A DNA stretch of 64,000 nt from Desulfurococcales archaeon. Lineage in GTDB: Archaea > Thermoproteota > Thermoprotei_A > Sulfolobales > Desulfurococcaceae. Below are positions 19,513 through 29,823 of this stretch, in pieces. The first letter of the stretch is position 1. Every line of letters begins with the position of its first letter. Made by a program: the position numbers and the translations under genes. Under the pieces are notes generated by a model. It searched no databases. It saw only the letters and a list, made by a program, of their open reading frames with translations, and had not been told where the DNA came from. The DNA lies in NCBI GenBank assembly GCA_027022365.1, contig JALVYU010000031.1:320001-384000 (forward strand), read 5' to 3'.

Positions 19513-20858
19513 CTCCCGGTCAAGCGTTCGAGGCGTGCATCGATGCTTTTCTTGTGGAAGAAAAACCCTTCGATACCGGCTAGTACCGACGCGTCACGGC
19601 CTGTTATCTCTAGGCCGCGGGGCTCGACGTACTGGATATCTATTATCTTGATGTAGTCGAGGACGCTGAGGCCGCTCCTAGACCTTGCGGCGCCACCGGT
19701 TGGGAGCACATGGTTTGACCCGAGGCTATAATCTCCCAGTGCTGCCCCCGAGTATTCGCCGATAAACACTGTTCCTGCGGAGCTTATCTTCTCCAATACA
19801 ATGCTTGTGTTCTCGGGTCTCGTAATGACTTCCAGGTGCTCGGGAGCATACTGATTTGCAAACCGTATTGCTTCGTCGAGACCATCCGCTACGAGTATCC
19901 CTCCATACAATGACATGCTCTCTGCAGCTGTCTCACGTGCTTTATCAGGCGCCTTGTCCAGCCATGATATGATCTCGTCCCTAACACGGTAGGCTTGTTC
20001 CTCTGAAGCCGTCACGAGTATTGAGGACGAGAGCACTCCGTGCTCGGCCTGGGCCAGTAGGTCGAGGGCTATAAGGCCCGGATCACCGGACCCGTCGCTC
20101 AGAACCATTATCTCCGAGGGCCCCGCCAGCATGTCTATGCCTGTCCTAGTGGAGGCCAGGAATTTGCCCGCCGTGAACCAGGGTCCTCCGGGCCCCACGA
20201 TCTTGTCTACGCGCTCCACGGTCTCCGTGCCACACGCCATTGCGGCTGCCGCTTGCACTCCGCCTAACCTATAGATCTTGTCCGCACCGGCGATAACTGA
20301 TGCAACTATTATTGATGGATCGATTCCGGGGTCGCCTCTGCCCCTGGGCGGGGAGGCGGCGAATATGTTTCTGCAGCCCGCGACTCTTCCGGGCACTATG
20401 GTCATCAGGGCTGTTGATGGATACGGGTAGAGTCCGCCCGGTATATATGCTCCGACCTTCTCGACAGGCCTCACGATCTGGCCGACATATACTCCGGGCT
20501 CGACGCGGTAGATCCACGTATCCCTGAGCCCTTCCAGGATCTTCTGGTTGAAGCGCCTTATCCTATCAGCGATCCTTTCGAGAGAGCCCCTTAGCTCGCT
20601 GGGCACCTTCTTAAAGGCGTCCCTGACCTCATAGTCGAGGATCTCGATAGGAGTATCTCTTGGGATACCGTAGAATTCCTGGTAGAAATCCCTTATGGCT
20701 TCGTCTCCGCGGCGGCAAACATCCCTGAATAATACTTCTGCTCTCTTTACCTGTTCCTCTCCTAGGCGCCAGCGGCTCAGGATCTTCTCTGCGTCTTCAC
20801 GGCGTAGACGGGCTATCCGCTCTAGCCTTATATTGTATTTTCTCGTGAACGGACACAC
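19509..20858 (-). CDS. hisD: Histidinol dehydrogenase family protein
   Basis: YIPGG..YPSTALM, GGVQA, DKIVGPG, AGPSEI, AQAEH, APEHLE, GDYSLGSNHVLPT, final His in EGFFFH. Confidence 0.93.
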   Translation of the reverse strand: MCPFTRKYNIRLERIARLRREDAEKILSRWRLGEEQVKRAEVLFRDVCRRGDEAIRDFYQEFYGIPRDTPIEILDYEVRDAFKKVPSELRGSLERIADRIRRFNQKILEGLRDTWIYRVEPGVYVGQIVRPVEKVGAYIPGGLYPYPSTALMTIVPGRVAGCRNIFAASPPRGRGDPGIDPSIIVASVIAGADKIYRLGGVQAAAAMACGTETVERVDKIVGPGGPWFTAGKFLASTRTGIDMLAGPSEIMVLSDGSGDPGLIALDLLAQAEHGVLSSSILVTASEEQAYRVRDEIISWLDKAPDKARETAAESMSLYGGILVADGLDEAIRFANQYAPEHLEVITRPENTSIVLEKISSAGTVFIGEYSGAALGDYSLGSNHVLPTGGAARSRSGLSVLDYIKIIDIQYVEPRGLEITGRDASVLAGIEGFFFHKKSIDARLERLTGR

Positions 20859-21158
20859 CTCTACACCCCGAGAAACGCGTTATTCTTAGTGTTAGGACTG
20901 TTGTAGCCTGGAGCGAGGCCTATAATGGTATAGGATTGACTATCGGAGACGATATATCCGGTCTCTAGGTATGGGTGTATGAACCATGACACCTCGCACC
21001 TCTGGAGAGGAGAAATGCTTTGGAACAGCATTATACGTTGTGTGTTCTAGATGGAACTCGCCGCGAGTGTTTCTCCGACGTGGCCGGTGTTTACCGGATC
21101 TCGACGTAGGTGTGGATTAGGAAAAACACTGTTTTCAGCTCATTGTGGGGGAGGAAAA

Positions 21159-22427
21159 CTATTTTTCAGCGTACCTTCTTATCTGGATCCTATAGATCGT
21201 TGCTCCGGCTACGAATATTGCGATCGCCGCCACCACGGACTTAACGAACAAGGGCAGTATGTCGGGTAATCCGTACTGGTATACAACGATATCCCTTATA
21301 CCGTCTATTGCCCAGGTGAACGGGAAGTTCTCCGCAAAGATCCTCATCCACCCCGGGAGCCATTCTTTCGGGAACCATATCCCTGCCGTGAAGGTGAATA
21401 GCAGTCCCAGGGCGGTCGATAGGCTCGAAGCCCCCTTACTGGTTCTCGAGGCGAGTGATAGGACTAGACCCATACCTATCGACATAATGGCGGCTGCCAG
21501 CATGAATACTGGTACGAGCCAGTCGACAGGGTTTAATGGGCTCCAGTAGATCCGGGCACCGGCAACTCCTATTCCCACGAACAACGCTATAAGCGCTGAT
21601 ACCACTAGGACAATTATACCGCCCAGCGTCTTGCCTATTAGGAGCTCCGGGCCGCTCGAGGGGCTTGCCAGCAGCCTCTTTAGTGTTCCAAGCTCTTTCT
21701 CCCTCACAATCATCGCAGAGCCGATCAATAGGCCCGTGTACAGGAACATCATACCTATAGCTCCAAGGGTATACCATCCTATAATAGCTGGCCTAGACCC
21801 CACCGATTCGGGTACTACTTCCTCCACCGAGGCATTAATGGGGAAGGCGATACCGATCAGATACTGCTTTATCCTGTCCAAAGACATCGTAGCATTGGCT
21901 GTTGGCATATATTTCGAGATATAGGCTAGGCTAACATTGATCTTAACGCTTGAAAGCCTACGGGAAACTCCCTGGAGGAATCCCGTGATTATTCCCTCAT
22001 AGATCTGCTTCGTGGATGGATTATCAGCTCTTATAAGCACGATCAGCCTGCCGGTGCCGTATGTCGCGTTCACGCCGAACCCGTCGGGTATAATGATGCC
22101 TGCGTCGAGCCTCCCCTTGAGGAGGAGTTCTTTGAGACGCACCGAGTCATTTATCATCTCGACGTTGAACAAGTGCTTACCATTGATCATCGTGTTGTTC
22201 ATGAGGTCTACGAGATAAGTACCGTTAAAAGGCGCCACGCTATGATCATTGTTCACCACACCAACGCTTAGAGTAATTACATGTCCGGCTCCAGGCGGCA
22301 CGAACACGTAGGCCGTCATCAAGATCCATATAATCGGCCATGCCACCACCCAGAACAGCGCCGCCTTATCTCTAAACATGGTTTTTACATCGCGTACAAT
22401 AAAGGCTTTAACAGCACGCCAATTCAT
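21159..22427 (-). CDS. ABC-2 transporter permease
   Basis: RDKAALFW, extracellular loop, REKELGTLKRLLASP, PKEWLPGWM. Confidence 0.92.
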   Translation of the reverse strand: MNWRAVKAFIVRDVKTMFRDKAALFWVVAWPIIWILMTAYVFVPPGAGHVITLSVGVVNNDHSVAPFNGTYLVDLMNNTMINGKHLFNVEMINDSVRLKELLLKGRLDAGIIIPDGFGVNATYGTGRLIVLIRADNPSTKQIYEGIITGFLQGVSRRLSSVKINVSLAYISKYMPTANATMSLDRIKQYLIGIAFPINASVEEVVPESVGSRPAIIGWYTLGAIGMMFLYTGLLIGSAMIVREKELGTLKRLLASPSSGPELLIGKTLGGIIVLVVSALIALFVGIGVAGARIYWSPLNPVDWLVPVFMLAAAIMSIGMGLVLSLASRTSKGASSLSTALGLLFTFTAGIWFPKEWLPGWMRIFAENFPFTWAIDGIRDIVVYQYGLPDILPLFVKSVVAAIAIFVAGATIYRIQIRRYAEK

Positions 22428-23362
22428 CCCTCCAGCCTCCTACCCGTTAGTTTGAGGAACACGTCCTCGAGATCGGGCTTGAGCACCCTTAGAACACTTA
22501 TGCTGAGACCCAACTCGTAGGCGGTGCTCGTGATCTCTGGTACGAGCTGGTCTGGATCCCTACAATGTATCCTCAGGGTCTCCGCACCAGTCTTATTAAC
22601 TTGTAGCCCGAGGTTTCCCGCCAGGTACGACTCGAGCTTCTCAGCCATGCTTTGTTCTCTAAGAACCACTTCTATAACGGCCGGCGGCCCATACCTTGAT
22701 TTCAGCTCCTCCGGCGACCCGGAAACTATTATGCGGCCCTTATCCATGATGGCTACTTCGTCGCTGAGCTTATCGGCCTCCTCCATGTAATGGGTCGCCA
22801 GAATAACTGTTTTACCGCTTCTCCTCAGATCCATTATGAGCCCCCAGACGCTCTTCCTGATACCCGGGTCTAGGCCTGTTGTCGGCTCATCGAGAACTAT
22901 CAGCTCCGGATCATGGATGAGAGCCGCTACAATGCTTAGCCTCTGCCTCAACCCACCACTATATGTCCTGACAGGCTTGTCTAAGTAACCAGTGATCCCT
23001 AGCTTCTCCGCGAGCTCCCTGATCCTATCCCTGGCATCACGGGGGCTCACACCATATATTCCGGCGTAGAAGAAGAGATTCTCCCACCCGGTCAGGTTTG
23101 GATGTAATCCGTGTTCTTGGGGCTGGAAGCCTATCCTTGCCCTGATCCCCGGGCTCAACGGTGATCCGCCCAAGACCATCACTTTGCCCTTATCCGGCTT
23201 CGAGACCCCAACTATTATTGATATGAGTGTCGACTTGCCAGCCCCGTTAGGTCCGAGTAAACCGTATACGCATCCCACAGGAACCCTAAGACTTACGTCG
23301 TCGAGAGCCCTGACGCTATTATATGTTTTCACAATGTCTTCAGCGATGACCGCATAATCCAT
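22424..23362 (-). CDS. ABC exporter ATP-binding protein
   Basis: GPNGAGKST, YSGGLRQR, LDEPTTGLDP, THYMEEA. Confidence 0.95.
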   Translation of the reverse strand: MDYAVIAEDIVKTYNSVRALDDVSLRVPVGCVYGLLGPNGAGKSTLISIIVGVSKPDKGKVMVLGGSPLSPGIRARIGFQPQEHGLHPNLTGWENLFFYAGIYGVSPRDARDRIRELAEKLGITGYLDKPVRTYSGGLRQRLSIVAALIHDPELIVLDEPTTGLDPGIRKSVWGLIMDLRRSGKTVILATHYMEEADKLSDEVAIMDKGRIIVSGSPEELKSRYGPPAVIEVVLREQSMAEKLESYLAGNLGLQVNKTGAETLRIHCRDPDQLVPEITSTAYELGLSISVLRVLKPDLEDVFLKLTGRRLEG

Positions 23363-23529
23363 CTTCGACGCCTCACAGCATGATTAGATGTTTTGTCAAA
23401 ACCATATTATATGATATTATTTAAAAACAATTATCGGTTTTCTGAATAGCAGAACAAATAGCCCGTTACCTACGGGTTACAAAGAATAGTAACCATTGAC
23501 ATTAATACTCCTAACACATATAATACCTT

Positions 23530-24708
23530 GTGGAAACCGAGACAATACGTTCTTCTATATACATGGTTGAGGCTGATGAGATGAGGGAAAACCATGCAGG
23601 ATCGGCTCTGAGAATAGGTGACTGGATCTTAGGCATAGCTAGGGAGAGCCGCCCGAAAGAACTAATGGTTGAGGTTACAACTTCTTGTAATTACCAGTGC
23701 ATTTATTGTTTCAGAAACAATATCATAGGAGAAAAACTAACCCACATGATGACTCCTGAGACATTCATGAAAGTAGTCGAGAACGCGCTGGAGGCCGGTG
23801 TAGAGAAGATAAGCTTCTCAGGATGGGGCGAACCCCTGGTCAACCCGCATATCATAGAGTTTATCAGGACAGCGAAGGAGAAGGGTCTCAGGGTTCTTCT
23901 GAACACCAATGGATACTACTTGGACAAGTACCTCGACGACATATATCGTCTTGGAGTAGATGAGCTCGTCGTCAGCATGGACAGTGATGAAGACGATGTA
24001 TACAGGCTGTTGAGACGTGGAGGGGATCTCGGAAGAATCGTTGATGCTCTTCTCAGGCTCAAAAAATACAGGGTAAGGGATACGAGGCGTTCACCGGATC
24101 TATGGATAAACTTCACCCTGACAAAATACAACTACAAAAACATAGTTCCGATGATAAAGCTAGCCGAGAAACTCGGGGCCAGAATGCTGGTCGTATCAAA
24201 CATGATACCGCTATCAAAAGAAATGGAAGAGATCACCTGCTACAGCAACGAGGACTGTGCCGAAACAATAGAGAAGCTCAAAACAATGCTTGCAACACTG
24301 AGTCTAACACACAATGTCGTGATAAGTCTTCCGGACATAAGGCTGAGAACCGAGAGGCGTTGTCCGTTCGCGGCGGATAAGGCCCTATATATAAGATGGG
24401 ATGGCAAGGTAGCACCCTGCATATACTATGCTCATCACTGGAGAAACTACTTCATGGGGATAGAGAGGGAGATATACCCAGTAATACTCGGAGACCTGAA
24501 GAAGGATAGACTCATCGACATATGGAGATCACCCAAGTACCTACGGCTAAGATTCATGACGGAGTTCAGCCACATGCCTAGCTGCCTCGACTGCCCGGTC
24601 AGAGACTACTGTATCCTAACAAGAGACAACAAGGCGGACTGCTGGGGCAACACACCCACATGTGCTCACTGCCCCTACAGCAGGAACATGACCAGATGCC
24701 CATTATAA
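23530..24708 (+). CDS. Radical SAM/SPASM protein, tungsten-cofactor oxidoreductase maturase type
   Basis: CNYQCIYC; SGWGEPL; Cys-rich tail RCPF...GKVAPC...PSCLDC...C...DCWGNTPTCAHCPY, as in TIGR04317-like proteins; aor and gor are nearby. The true start may be slightly downstream. Confidence 0.85.
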   Translation: METETIRSSIYMVEADEMRENHAGSALRIGDWILGIARESRPKELMVEVTTSCNYQCIYCFRNNIIGEKLTHMMTPETFMKVVENALEAGVEKISFSGWGEPLVNPHIIEFIRTAKEKGLRVLLNTNGYYLDKYLDDIYRLGVDELVVSMDSDEDDVYRLLRRGGDLGRIVDALLRLKKYRVRDTRRSPDLWINFTLTKYNYKNIVPMIKLAEKLGARMLVVSNMIPLSKEMEEITCYSNEDCAETIEKLKTMLATLSLTHNVVISLPDIRLRTERRCPFAADKALYIRWDGKVAPCIYYAHHWRNYFMGIEREIYPVILGDLKKDRLIDIWRSPKYLRLRFMTEFSHMPSCLDCPVRDYCILTRDNKADCWGNTPTCAHCPYSRNMTRCPL

Positions 24709-25050
24709 GGAGAAATATAGCTTGTTTGCGTAGCTTAATCGCTTTCCTCCCTCAATACAATATAAACAACCACAGCTATCATCATGAATGAAGAACTCCG
24801 AGGATCATCAGTCTGTGTTAAAATCTTGAAATAGCCGTCTATAGAATACAATACTTCATTAAGGAAAACGTTCTCGTGCCAATATTGAAAATATAACAGC
24901 ATATCCCTATAGGCTACATGCTTTAGAAGCATAACAAAGCATAATTTTTAGTATACTCGGTTATCTCATATACGTACAATGCTCATAGAATTATTGGTTA
25001 AAGATCCATAGGGTTTTATCACATAGATGTTCATATGATAAAATGGATTG

Positions 25051-25129
25051 AACGAGGCAAGATATGATGAAATACCTTATAAAAATTATTTATGTTGTAC
25101 CTTTTGTACTTCATCATATCTTGCCCGTT
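25051..25129. repeat. Long inverted repeat (~24-bp arms, 16-bp perfect core) enclosing a TATA-like spacer
   Basis: GGCAAGATATGATGAA (25056-25071) / TTCATCATATCTTGCC (25110-25125); the spacer contains TTATAAAAATTATTTAT. Confidence 0.9.
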
Positions 25130-25209
25130 TATGCCTAATGTTTTTCATAGTCGATCGTAATTGAGTGATTGCATATATATCGGCATTTAAGCGAACATCA
25201 TAATATATT

Positions 25210-25671
25210 ATGAACTTGATATGGATATATAATACTTTGATTATCTACTATGTATGGAATTATTATAGTACCATAAGGGTGAATAATAGTTTGTCCGAAG
25301 AGGAGAGATGCCTTGAAATAATTCTTCACATAGATAGGCAGAGGAAAATCTCTACTGTTATTGGGTCATTAAATGCTATATTATTCAGTGTAATACTCTT
25401 ATTCGCATTACTGATTATGCTAATTGCTAATCCTCTGATCAACGGTTTTGGGCTAGTCGGCGTAATATTAGGCTTAGCATTATACGTTATTGTATTATTC
25501 GTAATAAAGTACTCCAGTACGAAACGAGAACTAGATTTGGAGGGTCCTTTACAGCGATACTGTTTATCAGAGAACATTCCTGAAGAACTAAGGAAAATAG
25601 CTCAGAGTTTATTGGAGGAGAGAAGGAAACCTGAAATCTCCATGAGAGGGGAGAATATCTACAATAAATAG
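25210..25671 (+). CDS. Hypothetical membrane protein (AT-rich gene)
   Basis: 153-aa ORF with 2-3 TM segments and a charged C-terminus. Confidence 0.6.
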   Translation: MNLIWIYNTLIIYYVWNYYSTIRVNNSLSEEERCLEIILHIDRQRKISTVIGSLNAILFSVILLFALLIMLIANPLINGFGLVGVILGLALYVIVLFVIKYSSTKRELDLEGPLQRYCLSENIPEELRKIAQSLLEERRKPEISMRGENIYNK

Positions 25672-25810
25672 GAGATAAATTTGGTTATTGTTGGGGATAT
25701 ATAATTTTTCATATATTTTTAAACATTATTAACTACTTTTCAAGAGTACGAAACGTTATTGTCGAATATTGATATCCTATTACGGAAAACTGATTATACT
25801 GGTGATATAC

Positions 25811-28114
25811 TTGCGTAGTGTATCCACTATTGTTGCTGTCGTCATTATTGTCGGTATAACAATGGCTATCACTGTAGCAGTTGCGCTTTGGTTATCAGGA
25901 GTAATTACTTCGAACAGTTATGGGACAGGAGTAACTAAGCTCACCATACTTGATCTAGAATCTTATGGTAGATTAACAAAGATCATTGTATGGAATTCTG
26001 GAAGTACTACGGCTTCCATAAACGGTGTCTATATTGATGAAAAGCCTGTTAGGGTCAGGGTTGCATATAATGCCAAAGACAAATCCGAGTACAGGATATA
26101 TATTAATAGGACCATCGGTGATGAACCATTTACGATCAAGCCTGGAGACACAGTTGATCTCTGGGTTGTAACAAATAAGCCGTTGGAGCCCGGCGTCCTT
26201 TATAACGTAAAGATTACTTTATCAAATGGAGAATCATTTATGATGCCCCTTAGGGTTTCTAGAGCAGTTTCTGAGAATATTCATGAAGTGGGTCTAGCAT
26301 GTTTCGTGGATCCAGCACCAAAATATGATCCTCCTATAAGATTATGGCTCAACTGGAGCGGCTCTGTTGCGATCTATATTAATGGCAAACAAACATATAG
26401 TTCATTGACGAGTGGGCCTACGACGCTCTACCCCAATGACTACGTATCAACAAGAATTCTAAAACCGGGTTTGAATATACTAGCTGTCGAATATAATTCT
26501 TCGACTACGACATATATAGATCTATCACTATATGTTCAAAGGTTCCTCATAAATGGTGTGAAGTCGTGGACGAACTTGTTTAGAAATAATGGGATCTGGA
26601 AAACATTCAATTCTACGAACCCTCCATCTCCGGATTCAAGAGGTAATCAATGGTATTCACCACAATATAATGATACTTCGTGGAAGACTATTCAAGCTCC
26701 TGCAGGCACTACAGGCTACTACGCGACTTACTCGTACGTTCCAAACGGCTATACAGAGTACTACCGTGCAGTAATTCCTGTCCCGTCAAAAATAGATGGT
26801 GTGCCCGTGACAAGTATAGTCAATGCTACTATTAGGGTTGCGTCAGACGATAATTCTACAGTTTATCTTAACGGTGTTAAGGTATATAGTGATACAAGCT
26901 ATCATGGATACAATTATTGGAACTACGTATATACCATAAGTGATACTACTAAATATAGTTTAGCTGTAGGCGGTAAAGCTGTTCTGGCCATAGCTGTATA
27001 TAATGATATTGGAGACTACTATTTTGACGTTGAGATACAGTTCAGGCTAAAGCTGGCAAATGGTAATGTTGTGTCCTATATATGGCCTAACAGAATATTA
27101 ATTAAATACAAGATATTATCTCAAGGGCAACAAGTACCGAACGGATGGTATTTGCCAGACTTTGATGATAGTTCTTGGAGTACGGGATATCTTCCCATGG
27201 GCTATACAGTTGATACTTCTGCAGGCCTTGTTTACAATACGATTGACTCCTCAACAGGATTAACAGCTTCTCGTATTCTTATCAGGATTCACATGGATCT
27301 AGGATCAAACAATATGCCCGTAGCTCTCGACAATGAAGAATACTATAATGCAAATTACACAGGTTACAATGGGTATCTCGTGTTATTTGACGTCGTAGAC
27401 TGGAAGTTCAAGTACTATAAGCTATATAACCCAACAGGTGATCCGAGGCGCACAAGTCAGTACATAGTTATTGGTGCAGGAGGCGTTGAAGGCAGCCTGT
27501 CCGACGTATTTAATGGTATTGTCAAACCCATATACTCAGGCAACCCCTATCTCTTGCTGGGAACCATTAGTGCTGAGGCCTCAAGATACAATAGTCCTCC
27601 AACTTCTCCAATAATACTTTATGTTAACCCCTATTCTAGTACTGAAAGGAACTTTACTTGGACAAGCCTAAATACATCGTATATTGATAGGTTCATCTTG
27701 ATCAAGGAACCTGAAGCTGTTCCAGGCCTAGATATTATAGTGTTATGGGAAGATATGTGGAAGTCCCCCACATGGACTGATGATACGGATCAGCATAGCT
27801 GGGTTGATGAAGCGCTGAGAATAACTTGGCTCGAGAATGGAAGCATCCTTATTGGTGTGTACAGGGCTAGCGGAGACTGGTTGCATGCAGTAATAATTGC
27901 TGGTAAACTAGCATACTTTAAACCACACTATGATGAATATGGCACAAATACTTCACAGCCATGGACGGCACTAGATGATCTCAATGGCGATGGTAAAATT
28001 ACACCAACAGAGCAGGTGCACTGGGAAATAGGATATGATCCGATAACTGGTACTATTACACAGTACAGGGCGCCATCGGGTGCAGTTGTAACAATATGGA
28101 AAATAACACCCTAG
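25811..28114 (+). CDS. Large type IV pilin/archaellin-like surface protein with putative carbohydrate-binding domains
   Basis: GGTGA RBS then TTG giving MRS|VSTIVAVVIIVGITMAITVAVALWL (class III signal); repeated WY.P.(Y/F)(N/D)D.SW motifs; ASDDNSTVYLNG; DDLNGDGKIT Ca-type loop. Confidence 0.8.
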   Translation: MRSVSTIVAVVIIVGITMAITVAVALWLSGVITSNSYGTGVTKLTILDLESYGRLTKIIVWNSGSTTASINGVYIDEKPVRVRVAYNAKDKSEYRIYINRTIGDEPFTIKPGDTVDLWVVTNKPLEPGVLYNVKITLSNGESFMMPLRVSRAVSENIHEVGLACFVDPAPKYDPPIRLWLNWSGSVAIYINGKQTYSSLTSGPTTLYPNDYVSTRILKPGLNILAVEYNSSTTTYIDLSLYVQRFLINGVKSWTNLFRNNGIWKTFNSTNPPSPDSRGNQWYSPQYNDTSWKTIQAPAGTTGYYATYSYVPNGYTEYYRAVIPVPSKIDGVPVTSIVNATIRVASDDNSTVYLNGVKVYSDTSYHGYNYWNYVYTISDTTKYSLAVGGKAVLAIAVYNDIGDYYFDVEIQFRLKLANGNVVSYIWPNRILIKYKILSQGQQVPNGWYLPDFDDSSWSTGYLPMGYTVDTSAGLVYNTIDSSTGLTASRILIRIHMDLGSNNMPVALDNEEYYNANYTGYNGYLVLFDVVDWKFKYYKLYNPTGDPRRTSQYIVIGAGGVEGSLSDVFNGIVKPIYSGNPYLLLGTISAEASRYNSPPTSPIILYVNPYSSTERNFTWTSLNTSYIDRFILIKEPEAVPGLDIIVLWEDMWKSPTWTDDTDQHSWVDEALRITWLENGSILIGVYRASGDWLHAVIIAGKLAYFKPHYDEYGTNTSQPWTALDDLNGDGKITPTEQVHWEIGYDPITGTITQYRAPSGAVVTIWKITP

Positions 28115-28224
28115 ATCCTTAAATGAGAATGTTTATTATTGTTAACTTTTTACCGTGCTGTTCGGAAAATAACCAGCCATGCTTATATCACTGAGTACTC
28201 AAAATAATCCCTTGGGTCCTTAAT

Positions 28225-29190
28225 ATGGGAAGGACTATCCTATTTGTACATGGGGATAGTGATGGTGTGGTTTCCGGCTCATTAGCTCTTCAAGCATTCA
28301 GGCTTAAAGGCTCCACTGATATCCGTATAGTGTTCACGCACCCGGCGGGTTTAGCAAGTGATCTTGCTGAGTTCGCGCGTCCAGGCGATACCGTGTTTAT
28401 TGCGGATATAGCTTTAAGCGAAGCTCATCTGGATGAGATAGAGGCGTTGTTCAAAGAATACAGTAGGCGCGGAACACTGATCTATGTTGATCACCACCCG
28501 GAGCCCCTGGGGCTGAAGCCCGGCGATCTCGAGGGGATCATAATTCATGATACGAGAGCCTCGGCAAGCGAGCTCACTTACAGGTATTTCGAGGAGATCC
28601 TGGGATGGGAATACAGTAGGGTCGCACTCTATGGTGCTATAGGTGATTACCTCGATACGACCCCGTGGGTTCTCGATGTTCTGAGAAACTGGGATAAGAG
28701 GACGATTTATTTCGAAGCCGGGGTTCTCTGCCAGGGCCTTGAGGGTAGTAGGCGGATGTATGACTTCAAAAGACATGTCGTGGAGCACCTGTCAATGAAT
28801 AAGCTCCCTAGCGGTCTCAGCGAGCTACTTGTCCGGGCACTCATAGAGAGTGTTAACGACGAAGAACTAAGGCTTTGGGTATCACGTAATATCAATGTGC
28901 TAGAGAATCTCGGATACGTCATGAATCCGCCGGGTAGTCTGGGAAAAGCGGCTCTTTATGCCAGAACATATAGTGATAGGCCAGTCGGGTTAGCGGCTCA
29001 GAGACACCGTGGGCTCTACAACATTAGTATTAGGGCGGCGAAAGGAGTTGATCTAAACAAGATCATACGCTCTATCGCCGTACGTGTCGGTGGGACAGGG
29101 GGCGGCCACCCCCAGGCCGCGGGGGCTAGAATACCTATTCATAAATTCAGGGAGTTCCTACAGCTCCTGGATCAAGCCCTAAAAAGATAA
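28225..29190 (+). CDS. DHH/DHHA1 family phosphoesterase
   Basis: HGDSDG, IADIA, YVDHHP, ASASEL, GAIGD, GGGHPQAAGA. Confidence 0.93.
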   Translation: MGRTILFVHGDSDGVVSGSLALQAFRLKGSTDIRIVFTHPAGLASDLAEFARPGDTVFIADIALSEAHLDEIEALFKEYSRRGTLIYVDHHPEPLGLKPGDLEGIIIHDTRASASELTYRYFEEILGWEYSRVALYGAIGDYLDTTPWVLDVLRNWDKRTIYFEAGVLCQGLEGSRRMYDFKRHVVEHLSMNKLPSGLSELLVRALIESVNDEELRLWVSRNINVLENLGYVMNPPGSLGKAALYARTYSDRPVGLAAQRHRGLYNISIRAAKGVDLNKIIRSIAVRVGGTGGGHPQAAGARIPIHKFREFLQLLDQALKR

Positions 29191-29271
29191 TGATAACTCA
29201 TATCAACGGTTTGTCGGAGCCAACGACTTTTCGGCCCAGGGCTTCGTCTAGCCGCACGTGTTCCTGGATAA

Positions 29272-29706
29272 CTAGGACAGGCTTATCAGTACTAGGCCCG
29301 CGAACACCATTAGCCCACCGATTATTTTGAGGGGAGCCGGTTTTTCTCCCAGCAACACTATGCTCAGGACTAGGACGAACAATACACTGCTCCTATCGAT
29401 GAAAGCTACCTTGGATGCATCGCCGAGTTTCAGCGCCTTGAAATACAGTATCCATGAAGCCGCCCCGGCTAATCCGCTTAACAATATATAGAGCCAGGCA
29501 CTGCCCCGGAGCCCTGACGGTCTCCAGTAACCGCTCCACATGAGCATCATTAGGAAAACAAGGATCAATGATGTCATGACGATACTGCGTATGCCCGTAG
29601 CTGTCAGGGAATCGATGTCCCTCAGCCCCACCTTGGCGAAAATAGTTGCGAGAGCAGCGCATAATGCCGCCGCTAAGGCGTAGTAGAGCCACGAACCCAT
29701 TATCAC
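29272..29706 (-). CDS. EamA/DMT family small transporter
   Basis: IFAKVGL..IDS..AT.IR, SWILYFKALKLGDASKV..IDR.SV. Confidence 0.9.
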   Translation of the reverse strand: MIMGSWLYYALAAALCAALATIFAKVGLRDIDSLTATGIRSIVMTSLILVFLMMLMWSGYWRPSGLRGSAWLYILLSGLAGAASWILYFKALKLGDASKVAFIDRSSVLFVLVLSIVLLGEKPAPLKIIGGLMVFAGLVLISLS

Positions 29707-29823
29707 CGCCCAAAAACAATTATTTCTCGGGCAACTTGATATATTATGGCATCATATTTTTAGCGCTGATTGCGTGGTGTCCGCGGCGTCATAGCGTGTT
29801 CGCGTAGCGAATGATATGGATGA

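Noticed and set aside
24735-24932. 65-aa minus-strand ORF in the AT-rich island
   Set aside because: No recognisable motif or RBS; it may be a gene remnant but I cannot support a call.
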